Shown here: in pieces, positions 25,960 to 48,500 of the stretch | Layout: each line of letters opens with the position of its first letter | Position numbering within the stretch: position 1 is the first letter of the stretch | DNA from: the human T2T-CHM13v2.0 reference genome, Homo sapiens | Assembly (NCBI RefSeq): GCF_009914755.1 | Contig: NC_060943.1 | Reading direction: 5' to 3' (one strand) | DNA: 64,000 nucleotides | Program-made: the position numbers and the translations under genes | The notes under the pieces: model-generated | What the model was told of the DNA's origin: nothing | Database searches by the model: none | Seen by the model: the letters and a program-made list of their open reading frames with translations, nothing else

Positions 25960-26572
25960 CTGGGGATAGAGGGTTGAATCAAATCGAACCATTTGGCCCA
26001 GTAGGAGATAGTCTCCTTTTCCCTTATCTTCAAGATAAAAAAGGCTATCACTGGCTTAGCATTACTGATCTGGGTAAGATAGAGCCTGGGATGAATCCTA
26101 GAAGGCACCCGCCTTCAGGGACGTGAATTCGTTTGTGTAATCCTGGAGAATTTATGACCATGGGAGAGCCTAGGAGAAGCATTTTCTACAGTCTTCTTGG
26201 GGACTCTGTGGTCTCTGCTCTAGTGATGGGATTTCTTATACGCTGTCTACCTTCCCTCTCCACTGAGACTAACGGGTAAGAGCCAACTTTCTAAAGTTCC
26301 TATTACAGCATGTCCGGGAGCACACAGACTATGATCATAATGTCCCATGGAGTCGTGCTGTGTGGCAGCAACTGCTTGTTCGACTTTTTGATGTGAGCCC
26401 TGCTGACCATTTTGGCCTCATATGTCCCTACGGCCCTCTTCACATTCCATGTTCTGGCCAGATTTAACTACTTACCGTGTCAGGGCCCATCATACCCCAT
26501 CACACACAATACCAACTCCACCCCCACCACCATTCTTCACTTGGCTAACTCCTACAAACCCTTAAAAATTCA

Positions 26573-26797
<225 letters not shown>

Positions 26798-27245
26798 TCA
26801 GCTCATTGCTCTGTAAGAACTGCAATGGACAGCTTGCCAAGGTTCACTGATAAAAGCAAAAGGCAAGCAAGTAGAGTTTGATCACATTTTAGAAAATAAA
26901 ATACTATATGCTATTCCAGTAATAAGCTAGAGATTTGAACCAATTTTCTCATCGGAAATAATTTAAAAGGCTGGAAGATATTTTTAAATCTTCTAACAAA
27001 ATAAAAATGTTGACAAGATAATAAGGAATTATCAGGCAAACATTGAAGTACAGGCAAAGCAGTGGAGAAAGGGGACTTCCAAAGATACTTTGTCCCAAAG
27101 ATGTATGCCAAATACAACAAACTGGACCTGCAGTTTCCAATTTTATGACTTTTCAGATACAAAAGGGGGCCATGGAGGCCAGATATAAAACACCAGAGCC
27201 TGCCCAAAATAAGGATCAGAATAGAAGTTCCCCTCTTAAATCTGA

Positions 27246-30370
<3,125 letters not shown>

Positions 30371-30496
30371 GCCGGGTGTGGTGGCTCACACCTGTAATCC
30401 CAGCATTTGGGAGGCAGAGGCAGGCAGATCACGAGGTCAGGAGATCAAGACCATCCTGGCTAACACGGTGAAACCCCGTCTCTACTAAAAATACTA

Positions 30497-30736
<240 letters not shown>

Positions 30737-31005
30737 TCACTTGATGTCAGGAATTCGAGACCAGCCTGAGCAACATGAGGAAACTCTGTCTCTACTAAAA
30801 ATATAAAAATTAGCCTGGTGTGGTGGCATGTGCCTGTAGTCCCAGCTACTCAGGAGGCTGAGGCACAAGAATTGCTTGAACCTGGGAGGCAGAGGTTGCA
30901 GTGAGCCGAAAGCCTGGGTGACAGAGGGAGGCTTGGTGTAAAAAAAAAAAAAAAGAAAGAAAGAAAGAAAGAAAGAGAAAGCTGAAAGATAGTAGGCTAT
31001 CTTCA

Positions 31006-31311
<306 letters not shown>

Positions 31312-31586
31312 TTAATCCCAGCTACTTGGGAGTCTGAGGCAGGAAACTGCAGTGAGCTGACACAGTGCTGCTGCACTCTAGCCTCAGCGACAGAGTGAGA
31401 CTCTGTCTCAAAAAAAAAAAAAAAAAAAAAAGAGAGTAATTTAAAGGATATTCAAGTAGAAGGAAATCCCTCATGGAAGGGCCAGGATGCAAGATAGAAT
31501 AAAGATCAAAGAAAGCAATAAATAGGAAGTAGTACATCTAATTGAACATTAACTATATAATAAAACAATAATATCTTTGCATTTTA

Positions 31587-31829
<243 letters not shown>

Positions 31830-32069
31830 TTATCTTGAAAGACAGTGAAGTACTGATTACCTTTAGACATCGATAAATTAAGAATGCATATTGTGAATTC
31901 TGGGGAAATCACTAAATCACTGAAAGAACAGAAAACAGAGTGGATAACTTCCAGACTAGTGGAGGAAAAAAAAAATGGAATGATAAATAACTACTAAGTC
32001 AATCCAAAAGAAGGCAAGAAAAGAGAAAAAACAAAATACAGACCAGGAGAAACAAATAGCAAAGTAAGA

Positions 32070-35893
<3,824 letters not shown>

Positions 35894-36401
35894 TGGCTGG
35901 GCGTGGTGGCTCAAGCCTGTAATCTCAGCACTTCGGGAGGCTGAGGTGGGCGGATCACCTGAGGTCGAAAGTTCGAGACCAGCCTGACCAACATGGAGAA
36001 ACCCCGTCTCTACTAAAAATACAAAATTAGCCAGGCGTGGTGGCACATGCCTGTAATCCCAGCTACTCGGGAGGCTAAGGCAGGAGAATCGCTTGAACCT
36101 GGGATGTTCAATGCACTCCACCAGGTGAGAGAAAAGAATTTTAATATATACAACTGGAAAATGACTACATATCCAGAACATATAAAGAACTCCATAGAAA
36201 AAGATAGATCATCCAATATTTTTTTTAAAATGGGCAAAAATGAACTTGACCACACATTTTGCTTTAAACTATGACAATACAAGTATTTGCACGAGTGAGG
36301 TAATGAGAACTTCCATACACACATTTCATATACATACAATTATAAATTGGCACAGATACTATGGAAAGTAATTTGGCATCATCTGTGAAGTTGTAGATAT
36401 A

Positions 36402-37222
<821 letters not shown>

Positions 37223-37521
37223 TGCCCCAACAATCTAACTCATATCCCAGAAAAATGTGCACATATGTAGTACATCAGGAACATGCATAAGAATGTTTGC
37301 AGCAACATTGTTTTAATAGCATAAAACTGGAAAGACTCCAAATGTTATCAATAGTTGAATGGATTTTTAAAAACTGTGGTATATTCATATACTGAAACAT
37401 TATACAGCATTTTAAAAGCACAGATTAGGCCTGGCGTGGTGGCTCACGTCTGTAATCCCAGCACTTTGGGAGGCCGAGGCGGGCGGATCACGAGGTCAGA
37501 AGATCGAGACCGTCCTGGCTA

Positions 37522-37854
<333 letters not shown>

Positions 37855-37912
37855 TTATATAAGTGGACAAATTATATTGCTTAGCTATGCATACATAGAT
37901 GATAGAATATAA

Positions 37913-38077
<165 letters not shown>

Positions 38078-38192
38078 TGAGTAGCTGGGACTACAGGTGT
38101 GTGCCACCACGCCCGGCTAATTTTTGTATTTGTTAGTAGAGATGGGGTTTCACCATATTGGCCAGGCTGGTCTCAAACTCCTGACCTCGTGA

Positions 38193-38360
<168 letters not shown>

Positions 38361-38460
38361 TGATTAGAAAAAGATACACAGAGAGCATCTAGGGTTATTC
38401 TAGTTCTTAATACAGGTGATGTTTACTTCATGGTTCGTTACACAGTGCATTGTTTTATAC

Positions 38461-38491
<31 letters not shown>

Positions 38492-38870
38492 GTTAGAGGA
38501 AGGGTCTCGCCCAGCTGATTTCAAACTCCTGGGTTCAAGCAATCCTCCCACCTCAGCCTCCCTAAGAGCTGGCATTACAGGCGTGAGCCACTGCTCCCGG
38601 CCTTGTTTTATGCATTTTTCCATATGTAGGTAATAGCTCATAATAAAAGGTTTTTTTGAAAATACACAAAAAAACTACCATTACACTCCCACCAGACTGG
38701 AAACAATTTAAAAGTCCAACCAAGTTTAATCAAGTGTTGTGCAAAAAGTAGAACAAATGGAAGTCTCACACATCCCTGATGGGAGGGCAATGCATTACGC
38801 CACTTTGAAAACCAGACAATATATGATAAAATTGAAGGGGAGCACACCCTACTCAGCAATTCCTTTCCTA

Positions 38871-39198
<328 letters not shown>

Positions 39199-40227
39199 TT
39201 ACTGGGAGAAATTCAACTCAGGGTTGCCTCCTCTGGAAGGCCCCATCTGACTAGTCCAGACAGAATTAATGGCTCTGTCTCCTGTCCTCACCCATCACTT
39301 CAGTTACCAGTTAGCACAAGTTTTTGGCTGTCTCATTCTCCTTTCCTTCCCCCTCCAAAATTGAAAACTTAATGAAACAAGGACTGTGGTCTGATTCACC
39401 TGTCCAAGTCTCTGTTGTATAGAAAGAACACTTCCTAAATGTCTGTCTGATGGATGTTTTTGGAATTAATGCCTAAAAATAAGAAAAATAAGAAACAGGG
39501 GTGATCAGACAATCAAGGTTCTAGTACAGAGAATCCTTTTGGAGTTTCTGCTAGATTGACAGAAATCCCCAATTCAGGAGTTAACAGTTAAGAATGGGGG
39601 CCTTAAGGCGCGGTGGCTCACGCCTGTAATCGCAGCACTTTGGGAGGCTGAGGCGGGCGGATTATGAGGTCGGGAGATCGAGACCATCCTGGCTAACATG
39701 GTGAAACCCTGTCTTTACTAAAAATACAAAAAAATTAGCCGGGCCTGGTGATGGGCACCTGTAGTCCCAGCTACTCAGGAGGCTGAGGCAGGAGAATGGC
39801 TTGAACCCAGGAGGCAGAGCTTGCAGTGAGCCAAGTTCGCGCCACTGCACTCCAGCCTGGGTGAAAGAGCGAGACTCCATCTCAAAAAATAAAAATAAAA
39901 TAAAATAATGGGGGCCTTCTACTTCTCCATTTTTCCAAGGATGGCCTTGGAAGTCTCTGTGTGGTATGGTCTTGGATGGTATTTTGTTGTGTATCTGGGA
40001 TTAGAGAAGCCTTCAATGTTTGCAATTTTTAGTACATCCCTGTTAGCATATCCACTCTGAGGTGGATAGCTGGCAATCTCTGAGTTTGAAGATTTATTTC
40101 TAGGGTGACAAAAGGCTCTGAGAAGGATAATATATGATAGGAGATTCTATTGTCTCCATTTTTAGCTATGGGGAAGGTAGAGGGCTTGCAAGTGCACCCA
40201 AGGTTGAAATGTGTGAACATGGGTCTT

Positions 40228-40299
40228 TGCAGCACCTTTAAGGTTAGGGTCTCAGGGTTTTAAAGTTCCCTGGAGCTGAGACCCTTAACAAAGGGGCCG
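40228..40299 (-). ncRNA. MIR4324: MIR4324 annotated hairpin (mature CCCUGAGACCCUAACCUUAA at 40257-40238)
   Basis: Matches the recalled miR-4324 sequence; 10-bp perfect stem AGGGTCTCAG/CTGAGACCCT beginning just inside intron 7. Status as a genuine miRNA is doubtful (see findings). Confidence 0.75.
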
Positions 40300-40306
40300 G
40301 CCTTAC

Positions 40307-40548
40307 CTCTCACAGCAGCGATGTGTGATGACTGTCGCCCAGAAGCCCAGGACACAGAAGTTGAAAGATGTGAAAACCAACAAAGTGAGCAGGTTTATCA
40401 CAGACACGAGAAAGGCATCACTGAGACAGTTGTTGGACTGGGGCATGTAGGAGGCTAAGGAGGCAACGGAGCCAAGGCCTATGCCTGTGTTAGACAAAAC
40501 TTGACCCCCTGCTAGAGACCACACACTCATATTGTACACATCCGATAT
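40307..40548 (-). CDS. SLC6A16: SLC6A16 exon 7
   Basis: tttAG|ATA...GAG|GTAAGG; ISDVYNMSVWSLAGGQVL...THRCCER (TM6-7); 242 nt; overlaps ORF 40303..40539. Confidence 0.96.
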
Positions 40549-40731
40549 CTAAAAGAGAGAAGACAAGCATAAGGGGTTTGTAAAAGAAGAAGCAGAGGAC
40601 AACTATAATAGAAATGTTGCAGGGAGGAGAGAGGGAGATACAAAAGTAAAGAATGGGGAAAGGAAGCTCTAAGAATAGGCAGCTGTGGTGCCCTACAAGG
40701 CCTGACGGGGGAGTGAGGAGATAGATTTCAC

Positions 40732-40842
40732 CTTGGCAACCACCAACTGTTGAAGGCCAAATTTTGCCCCTTCCAGGAGTAGAGTCCGGATGAAGAAACC
40801 GACAATGATGAAACAGGGGAGCAGTACCAAGACATAGATTAC
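40732..40842 (-). CDS. SLC6A16: SLC6A16 exon 6
   Basis: ttcAG|GTA...AAG|GTGAAA; VIYVLVLLPCFIIVGFFIRTLLLEGAKFGLQQLVVAK (TM5); 111 nt. Confidence 0.95.
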
Positions 40843-41081
40843 CTGAATCGAGAGTGGGACATATCAGCAACCGTGTACCAGTAGGGGTCAACCAACAGTT
40901 AGGAGGGATCAAAAGTTCTGAGTCAGAAATGAGTAGGAGTTAGAAGAAAGCCTTCAGCAAGAGTCAGGGGCTAGGGGAGTAAAAGCCAAAGGAGTAAGAG
41001 ATTAGGAGATCAACAAGTAACAAATTGAGGTAAGGGCTAAAGCATCTGAGAATTTCAAGGAATCCAATACTGGTGGCTCAC

Positions 41082-41257
41082 CTTCCCAGTGGACTTGAGC
41101 CCATTGATCATGAAAGCACCAACAAGACACCAGCAAAGAAAGAAGGGCAGGACCAGACTGTAGACTGGTGACCCGCCATCCTCGATTCTGTCTGAGGCCT
41201 TCAAGGCCTGCTGGTACCAGAAGTATATGGAGGGTGTTGTCCGTTCACATTCAGGAT
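41082..41257 (-). CDS. SLC6A16: SLC6A16 exon 5
   Basis: ccAG|AT...AAG|GTGAGC; DPECERTTPSIYFWY...INGLKSTGK; 176 nt. Confidence 0.95.
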
Positions 41258-41299
41258 CTGGGGGGACCTGGCTTTAGACATGCCTGCTAGACAAGGTAC

Positions 41300-41468
41300 C
41301 CCCTCTTCTTCCTTATCCCCTCCCCCACCTCCCTTTTCTCTTTCCCTCTCCCATTTCTTTTTCCTTCTTCTTCCTCTTCCTTGTCCCTCCCCACTCTCTC
41401 CTATTCCAAATTCCCTTCTACTTCTACTTCTCCATTTTTCCCTTCTCCTCTTCTTTCACTTCCTCCTC
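41300..41468. repeat. Polypyrimidine/polypurine low-complexity tract filling most of intron 4
   Basis: About 170 nt almost entirely C/T on the + strand. Confidence 0.85.
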
Positions 41469-41470
41469 AC

Positions 41471-41597
41471 CAAAGCCACTAGAGTTCATCGTTAAGGGAC
41501 ATTTCTCCCATGGAACGGGAAACTGGAAGGACTGGCTCATGTAGAAGATGATCCAGGAATTGACCACATTGAAGTACAGGCCGAGGATGAAGCACAC
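41471..41597 (-). CDS. SLC6A16: SLC6A16 exon 4
   Basis: ccAG|GTG...TTTG|GTGAGG; VCFILGLYFNVVNSWIIFYMSQSFQFPVPWEKC (TM3 and the PW-x-x-C motif); 127 nt. Confidence 0.95.
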
Positions 41598-41783
41598 CTG
41601 GGGGCCAAGGAGGATATGGCTGGGGAGGAAGAGCAGGGACAGGAAAAGGGAGGGGATTTGACAGAGGATTGGGGAACCAAAGGGATCTGACCCATGGAGG
41701 TATTCACAGGGCGCATTTCAGGAGGAGGGTTGGGATGGCGGTGGGGTGTAAAAGTCAGGCCTGGGCAGCCATGGGCTCCTCAC

Positions 41784-41941
41784 CATGAAGCTAGAATACC
41801 CCACACCACCAATCCAGGGGGCAATGATCTTCCATACACCCATGCCACCCTGACGCATGCTCTGACCAGCTGCCATCTCCAGGAAGAGAAGAGGAACCCC
41901 GACCAGGAACAGCATGAAGATGTAGATGGCAGCGAAACTGC
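41784..41941 (-). CDS. SLC6A16: SLC6A16 exon 3
   Basis: cacAG|GC...ATG|GTGAGG; encodes [26 protein letters not shown]...YSSFM, with the SLC6 TM2 motif P-L-x-F-L-E-x-A-x-G-Q; 158 nt. Confidence 0.96.
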
Positions 41942-42363
41942 CTGTGAAGAAGATTCAGAAGGGACTCTGAGAACCATGTGGCCTTTCAGTGCCTGGACTC
42001 CAGGAGCCCAGGAAAACATTCTCCCTACCAGCGACCTCTTCCAGGGCCACAGGCATCAGGGCTCACCCATGTCTACATCCCTCACGGTCCCAAGTGTCCA
42101 GTCCTCTGGCCCCCAAATCCTGGAAGACCCAAGTACCTAGTTTCCAGCCCATCTTGGGCCCAGGCCTCCAGCTTTGCCATCCCCATGTTCAGATACCCTG
42201 AACCTCTCATGATCCTAAGTGTCCAGGGACCTGGCTCCTATCCTGCTCAGAGCACCAGGTCTTTAGTCTCTACATATCTCAGAAACATTCATGGTTAAAG
42301 CCTGGACAGGACTCTGTCCTGATTGCCCCTTGTGGACCCAGGTTTCCTGGTCCCCAGACTTAC

Positions 42364-42778
42364 AGCCTCCACTGTTAAGCCACAGGTAGGCAAAGCGCCA
42401 GAGACAAGATGGCTTCATAGAGAAGCCCACCTGAGCCAGAATATACTCAGTTTTGCTGGACCAGAACGGACGGGCAAGGAGGACCTCACTCTCTTTCTTC
42501 TCTGTCATCTGCACCTTCTCATGCGTGGGTTTCTGGTTCAGGGCTGAGGCAGTTAACGCCTCCAATACAGAAATTTGCTTGGGCTGACTGGTCCTGGCCT
42601 GAGCCTCTGCAACCCGGGCTGCTGAAACTTGGGCCTCTGAGGTCCAAGATGTTGCAGACCGGGTCAATGAACCCTTGTCTTCCCACGTTTGACTTCCTGG
42701 GACACTGTCAGAAATCACTGTGCCAGTCCATGAGGTGTTTGCCAGCAAGGATGTCGAAGGCTGGGCCTCTGTCTTCAT
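42364..42778 (-). CDS. SLC6A16: SLC6A16 exon 2 coding part (exon starts at 42842; aa 1-138, long N-terminus and TM1)
   Basis: ATG at 42778-42776; MKTEAQ...RPFWSSKTEYILAQVGFSMKPSCLWRFAYLWLNSGG; acceptor tccttcAG at 42844-42843; donor T|GTAAGT; 415 nt. Confidence 0.96.
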
Positions 42779-43017
42779 CTCACACAGACTCTCTGGGGCA
42801 GCTCCCGCTTCTGCAAGGGAGGGTTCATCTTCCTGAGGAGACCTGAAGGACACCAAAATCTGTAGATTTTAGATTTTAGAGTCAAGTAACTACTGAGTTA
42901 CAAAACAATCCTCAACATCTCCTTAAAGCAAATTTTATACCACCACTGACATTTAAAGCACAAAAAAATCTCTTGCATAAGTTTCACTTCTTAGAAATGT
43001 TTTCATGTGGTGGCTCA

Positions 43018-43395
<378 letters not shown>

Positions 43396-44917
43396 CTACT
43401 GGGTTCAAGCGATTCTCCTGACTCAGCCTCCCAAGTAGCTGGGATTACAGGCGCCCACTACCACACCTGACTAATTTTTGTATTTTTAGTAGAGCCAGGT
43501 TGGTCTTGAACTCCTGACCTCAAGTGATCCGCCCACCTCAGCCTCCCAAAGTGCTGGAATTACAGGTGTGAGCCACTGCACCCAGCCTGAAATAAAAGGA
43601 TTTCTAAGAACACTGAAGTACTATTTACAGAGGGCTTCTGAATTTAAAAACAAAACTAAACTAAACTAAACTAATTTAATACTAAATCTGCCTTGTAACC
43701 TTAGAAAAGTTACTTTACCTTTCTGAGCTTTCTAATCTGTAAAACACTCAGATCTCTGCTCAAATATAGCCTCACCAGAGATGCCTTCCCTGTCCACCTA
43801 TCTAAAATAGCAGCTACCTACCCACAACTCTCTTTACTTCATGGCATTTCTCATCTCCTGACTTTATTATCTATTGATTGTTAATTTATTCATTGTCCAT
43901 CTCTGCCTACTGCTCTATCTCCAGCAAAAGGATGGTGTTCTACCTCACATCTAGGGCTATTCTCCTCCTTATTCTCCAAGTTCCCGCCACTCTGAACTTC
44001 TGTTGGCTCTTCAAATACAAGAGAAAGGGCAAGGAGTGTGCTGAAAAAAAAAAAGTTACATGAAAGAGAGGAAGAGAGAGGGGAAACTGGAGTTTTCTTT
44101 CAGTGGGGGAAGGAGCATGCTTTCCAAAAGCAGAGGCAGTAGATGGGCTTCAAGGCAGCACTGGCACATTTGGGTGACATGGATAACTGCTTGTGAGACA
44201 CAGCTTCCAAAGAGCTCTTTGTTACACAAGAAAATGCTTATAATTCAATTACAGGTTAAAAACATAAGACTAAGATACAAATTTCTATCTTTAGTTCTAT
44301 CTCTACTACATTTAAAAATGCAATGAAAGGCTGAAAGGAAATACATCAATATACAGAAGATGATCAGGCCAGGCGCAGTGGCTCACGCCTGTAATCTGAG
44401 CTACTCAGGAGGCTGAGGCAGGAGGATCGTTTGAACACAGGAGGCGGAGGTTGCAATGAGCCGAGATCGCACGACTGCACTCCAGCCTGGGCAACCCTGT
44501 CTCAAAAAAAAAAAAAAAAAAAAAAGACGATGATGGCTACAAATATGTTTATATCCTTATCCCTGCTTTTACATTAAATTTTTTAAAATCTTGTATTACT
44601 TTTTTTTCAGACACAGGTTCTCACTCTGTCACCCAGGCTGGAATGCAGTGGCATGATCCACAGTTCACTGCAGCCTTGAACTCCTGGGTTCGAAGGATCC
44701 TCTCACCTTATCCTCCAAAGTACCTAGGACTATAGGCATGTGCCACCATACTCAGCTAATTTTTAAAAGTTTTTTTCAAGATGGGAGTCTCACTATGATG
44801 CTCAGGCTGGCCTCGAACTCCTGTGCTCAAGTGAGTCTCCGGTCTCAGCCTCCAGAGTAGGTGGCATTACAGGCACAAGCCACCATTCCCCACTCACCTG
44901 TATTACTTTAATAATCA

Positions 44918-45112
<195 letters not shown>

Positions 45113-45536
45113 TTACTAGGGAGGCTGACTTAGGAGAATCACTTGAATCGGGAGGCAGAGGTTACAGTGAGCCAAGATCATACCACTGTACTCCAGCCTA
45201 GGTGACAGAGTAAGACTCTGTCTCAAAAAAATAATAATAATCAGCCGGGCACAGTGGCTCACGCCTGTAATCCCAACACTTTGGGAGGCCGAGGTGGGTG
45301 GATCACCTGAGGTCAGGAGATCGAGACCATCCTGGCTAACACGGTGAAACCCCATCTCTACTAAAAGTACAAAAAATTAGCCAGGCACAGTGGCGGGCGC
45401 CTGTAGTCCCAGCTACTCAGGAGGCTGAAGCAGGAGAATGGCGTGAACCTGGGAAGCGGAGTTTGCAGTGAGCTGAGATCACGCCACTACACTCCAGCCT
45501 GGGCAACAGAGTGAGACTCCGTCTCAAAAAAAAAAA

Positions 45537-45570
45537 ATCATAATCATAATCATAATCATAATCATAATCA
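45537..45570. repeat. (ATCATA)n hexamer STR grown from an Alu tail
   Basis: Direct reading of the sequence. Confidence 0.9.
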
Positions 45571-48500
45571 AGAAAAAATATGTATTGATAAGTGAAAATA
45601 AAAAGATCATAATGGACAAAGAAATCCAATTGAAGAAGCTCTCATCAGCGAAATCTGGACAAATCAGAACATCAAAATAAAGAATAGTAACAGATGAGAA
45701 CCAACAGACTAAAACAAGAATCCATGAATCCACAGGGATACAACTCAGGAAAAGGAAAACCTCTTCCTTATAGTAGAATACAAACTAATAAATGTACAAG
45801 GAACGATGAATTAGAAGGTCACTGCTTATCATAAACTAATCAAGTTGTACACATGAAATATGTACAGTTTTTTACTTGTCAATCATCCCTCAATAAATAT
45901 GTCTTTTTAACAAATCATTGTTTGGAAATTACCAGAGTAATAACTGACACAAGCAAGAATCATCAATGGTTGCTAAAACAAGATGATGAAAATTTGATGG
46001 GGACAGGATAATTGCATAGTATTACTGTATCTCCCCACAAGATATTCCCCCCAAAAAAACCCAAGAAACTAGTATCTTTAGAGTATTACACACTACCTAA
46101 ACCAATAATAGTCACCTGATATCATATAACTCCTGATACAATGCATTAAGAGCACAACATCATTTCTGTGGGATTCCTGCCAAAAACATGTAACAAAACT
46201 CCAATCGTGAGGAAACACCAGAAAACAAATCTAAATTGAAGTACATTCTGTAAAATAGCTGGCCTGTGCTCAGTAAAAATGTCACAGTCAATAAAGACAA
46301 GGAAAGATGGAAGTGTTGTAAGTCTGAAATTATGTCAAAATTTTGTTAAATTTTTTAAACTTCCAAGCACCTGCCACTCCTACAATTCACCATCAAAACA
46401 AAAGGAAGTTTCTTCTAAGATAGCCACATGAACACCAATCTCCAAACTTACCCACAATCTCCCCCTACCCAACAAAAAAAAAAAACCAATGATTTTAAAA
46501 TATTACAAATATGGGGATATCTGCATCATTTCTGAAAAATAGGTTCCATCCTCATGTCAAAAACAGAGAAACTTCTGCTACATAAACAAGAAACAGGACC
46601 AAACTGTAATCACTGAGGAGTCAGTTCACATCTCTTTTTCCTGATGAAGTGGTTCAGTGTTTCAGGAAGTAAGTAAATACTTTCCCAGCAACTTGTGGGA
46701 AATAAAAACAATCACTTGCCAAAGACCTTCTGCTCCAGTGAACCAACAGCTTCCAGAAGCTGTATGCCAGAGAATGCAACAGCAGGTGGGCCACTCCTCT
46801 GTTATTGGATTTATTGGAGTTATTGGTGGGTTGATGGGCGTCTCCCTGAGACAAATGATGCTTCCATAACATTAAGAGAGAAGCAGAAAATCATGCAGGG
46901 AAGAAAAGGCTGAAGAAAAAATTAGGTACAAAAATCCAGCCTTTGGGGCTGGTCATGGTGGCTCATGCCTGTAATCCTAGCCCTTTGGGAGGCTGAGGCA
47001 GGAGATGTTTTATGTAAGCTTCGTGGTAACTACAAAGCAAAAAACTCAGTAGAGATGATTCAAAGCATACCACTAGAGAAAATCAATATAATTAGTCACA
47101 TTGATATAATAAAGAAGAAAAATATTATCATCTCAAGAGATATAGGAAAAACATACAATACAATGATGATTTACGGAGAAAAACTTTTAGCAAACCAGGA
47201 ATAATTTCCCTAACCTGATAAATGGTGTCTCTCAAAAAAAAAAAGATTATACTTAATAGTGAACATATGCTTAAACATAGGCACATATTTAATAATGAAG
47301 TGAAGAAAGCTTGCCTTTTGAAATCAAGAACAATCAATGAAACCAGCTATCAGCACTTCCTTCCCATTGCATTAAATATTTTAGACAACACAGGAAAGCA
47401 AGGGGAATAAAAGACAAAGATTAAACAAAACTCACTATTCACAGATGATATATCTATGTGGAAGATCCAGAATACTACAGATAAATTATTTAAATTAATA
47501 AGATAATTTAGCAAGATTGTTGGATGCAAACAGCAATAAATGAAAATTATTTATATGTCTATGCTTGCAATACATAATTAGAAAATAAAATTTTAAAATA
47601 ATAATGCCACTTATAAAATAATTTTTTAAATATAGAGTAAAATCCTGGGAAGGTAATGGCAATAACAGCAACATTGTTTTAAAATCTTCCCAAATACTCA
47701 CATGAAAACAAGTAGTTCTACTAGATTGCAAGCCCAAAATCCATGGATAATATTTACAATATCAAGATAAACCCCAAAAGACAAGTCTATGAGAACAAAC
47801 CACAAGAGCCACAGACCTGTATAGAATCAGCATCTGTGTGGGAGGAAACAAAGGAAGCAAGAGAGCATCTGACAGACCTGGGGATGGGGGACAGGGAAAC
47901 CAGTCTCTCAAAATAATCAACAGGTACTCACCAGAAATCATGGGAAGGCTATTAGAGAACAGCAGCTAAAACTAGAAGATGTCTTGCCTAATCCAATAAC
48001 AGTTGAGTGCATGGAGTCAACAATAGAAACTGAAGGGACCAGGGCAGACTAGATTCTATGAACTCTTAAAATTAACCAACCAGGGATCTTTTCCAACCCA
48101 GAGGCCACAATGAGGAGAAATTCCTGTGAGTAAAGCCAAATTGAGCAATACAAGAACAAGAATGATGAAGGATAGGCCAGACACAGTGGCTCATGCCTGT
48201 AATCCTAGTACTTTGGGAGGCCAAGGCAGGAGGATCACTTGAGGCCAGGAATTCAAGATAAGCCTTGACAATGCAGTGAAAACCCATCTCTACCAAAAAA
48301 AAAAAAAAAAAATTAAAATTAAAATTAGCCAGGCATAGTGGGACACGCCAGTGGTCCCAGCTATTTGGGAGGCTAAGTGGAGAGGATCGCTTGAGCCCAG
48401 GAGTTCAAGGTTGCAGTGGGCTATGATCACACCACTGAACTCCAGCCTGAGCAACAGAGTGGGACCTCATTCTCTAAAAAAATAAAATAAAATAGGCCAG

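Noticed and set aside
26100-26420. Unique-looking patch with a + strand CGG|GTAAGA donor near 26275
   Set aside because: A single splice-like motif with no defined acceptor or ORF is insufficient to call an exon.
42843-42856. Start of the 197-aa ORF (MVSFR...) as the SLC6A16 start
   Set aside because: A non-ATG codon in intron 1, upstream of the exon 2 acceptor.
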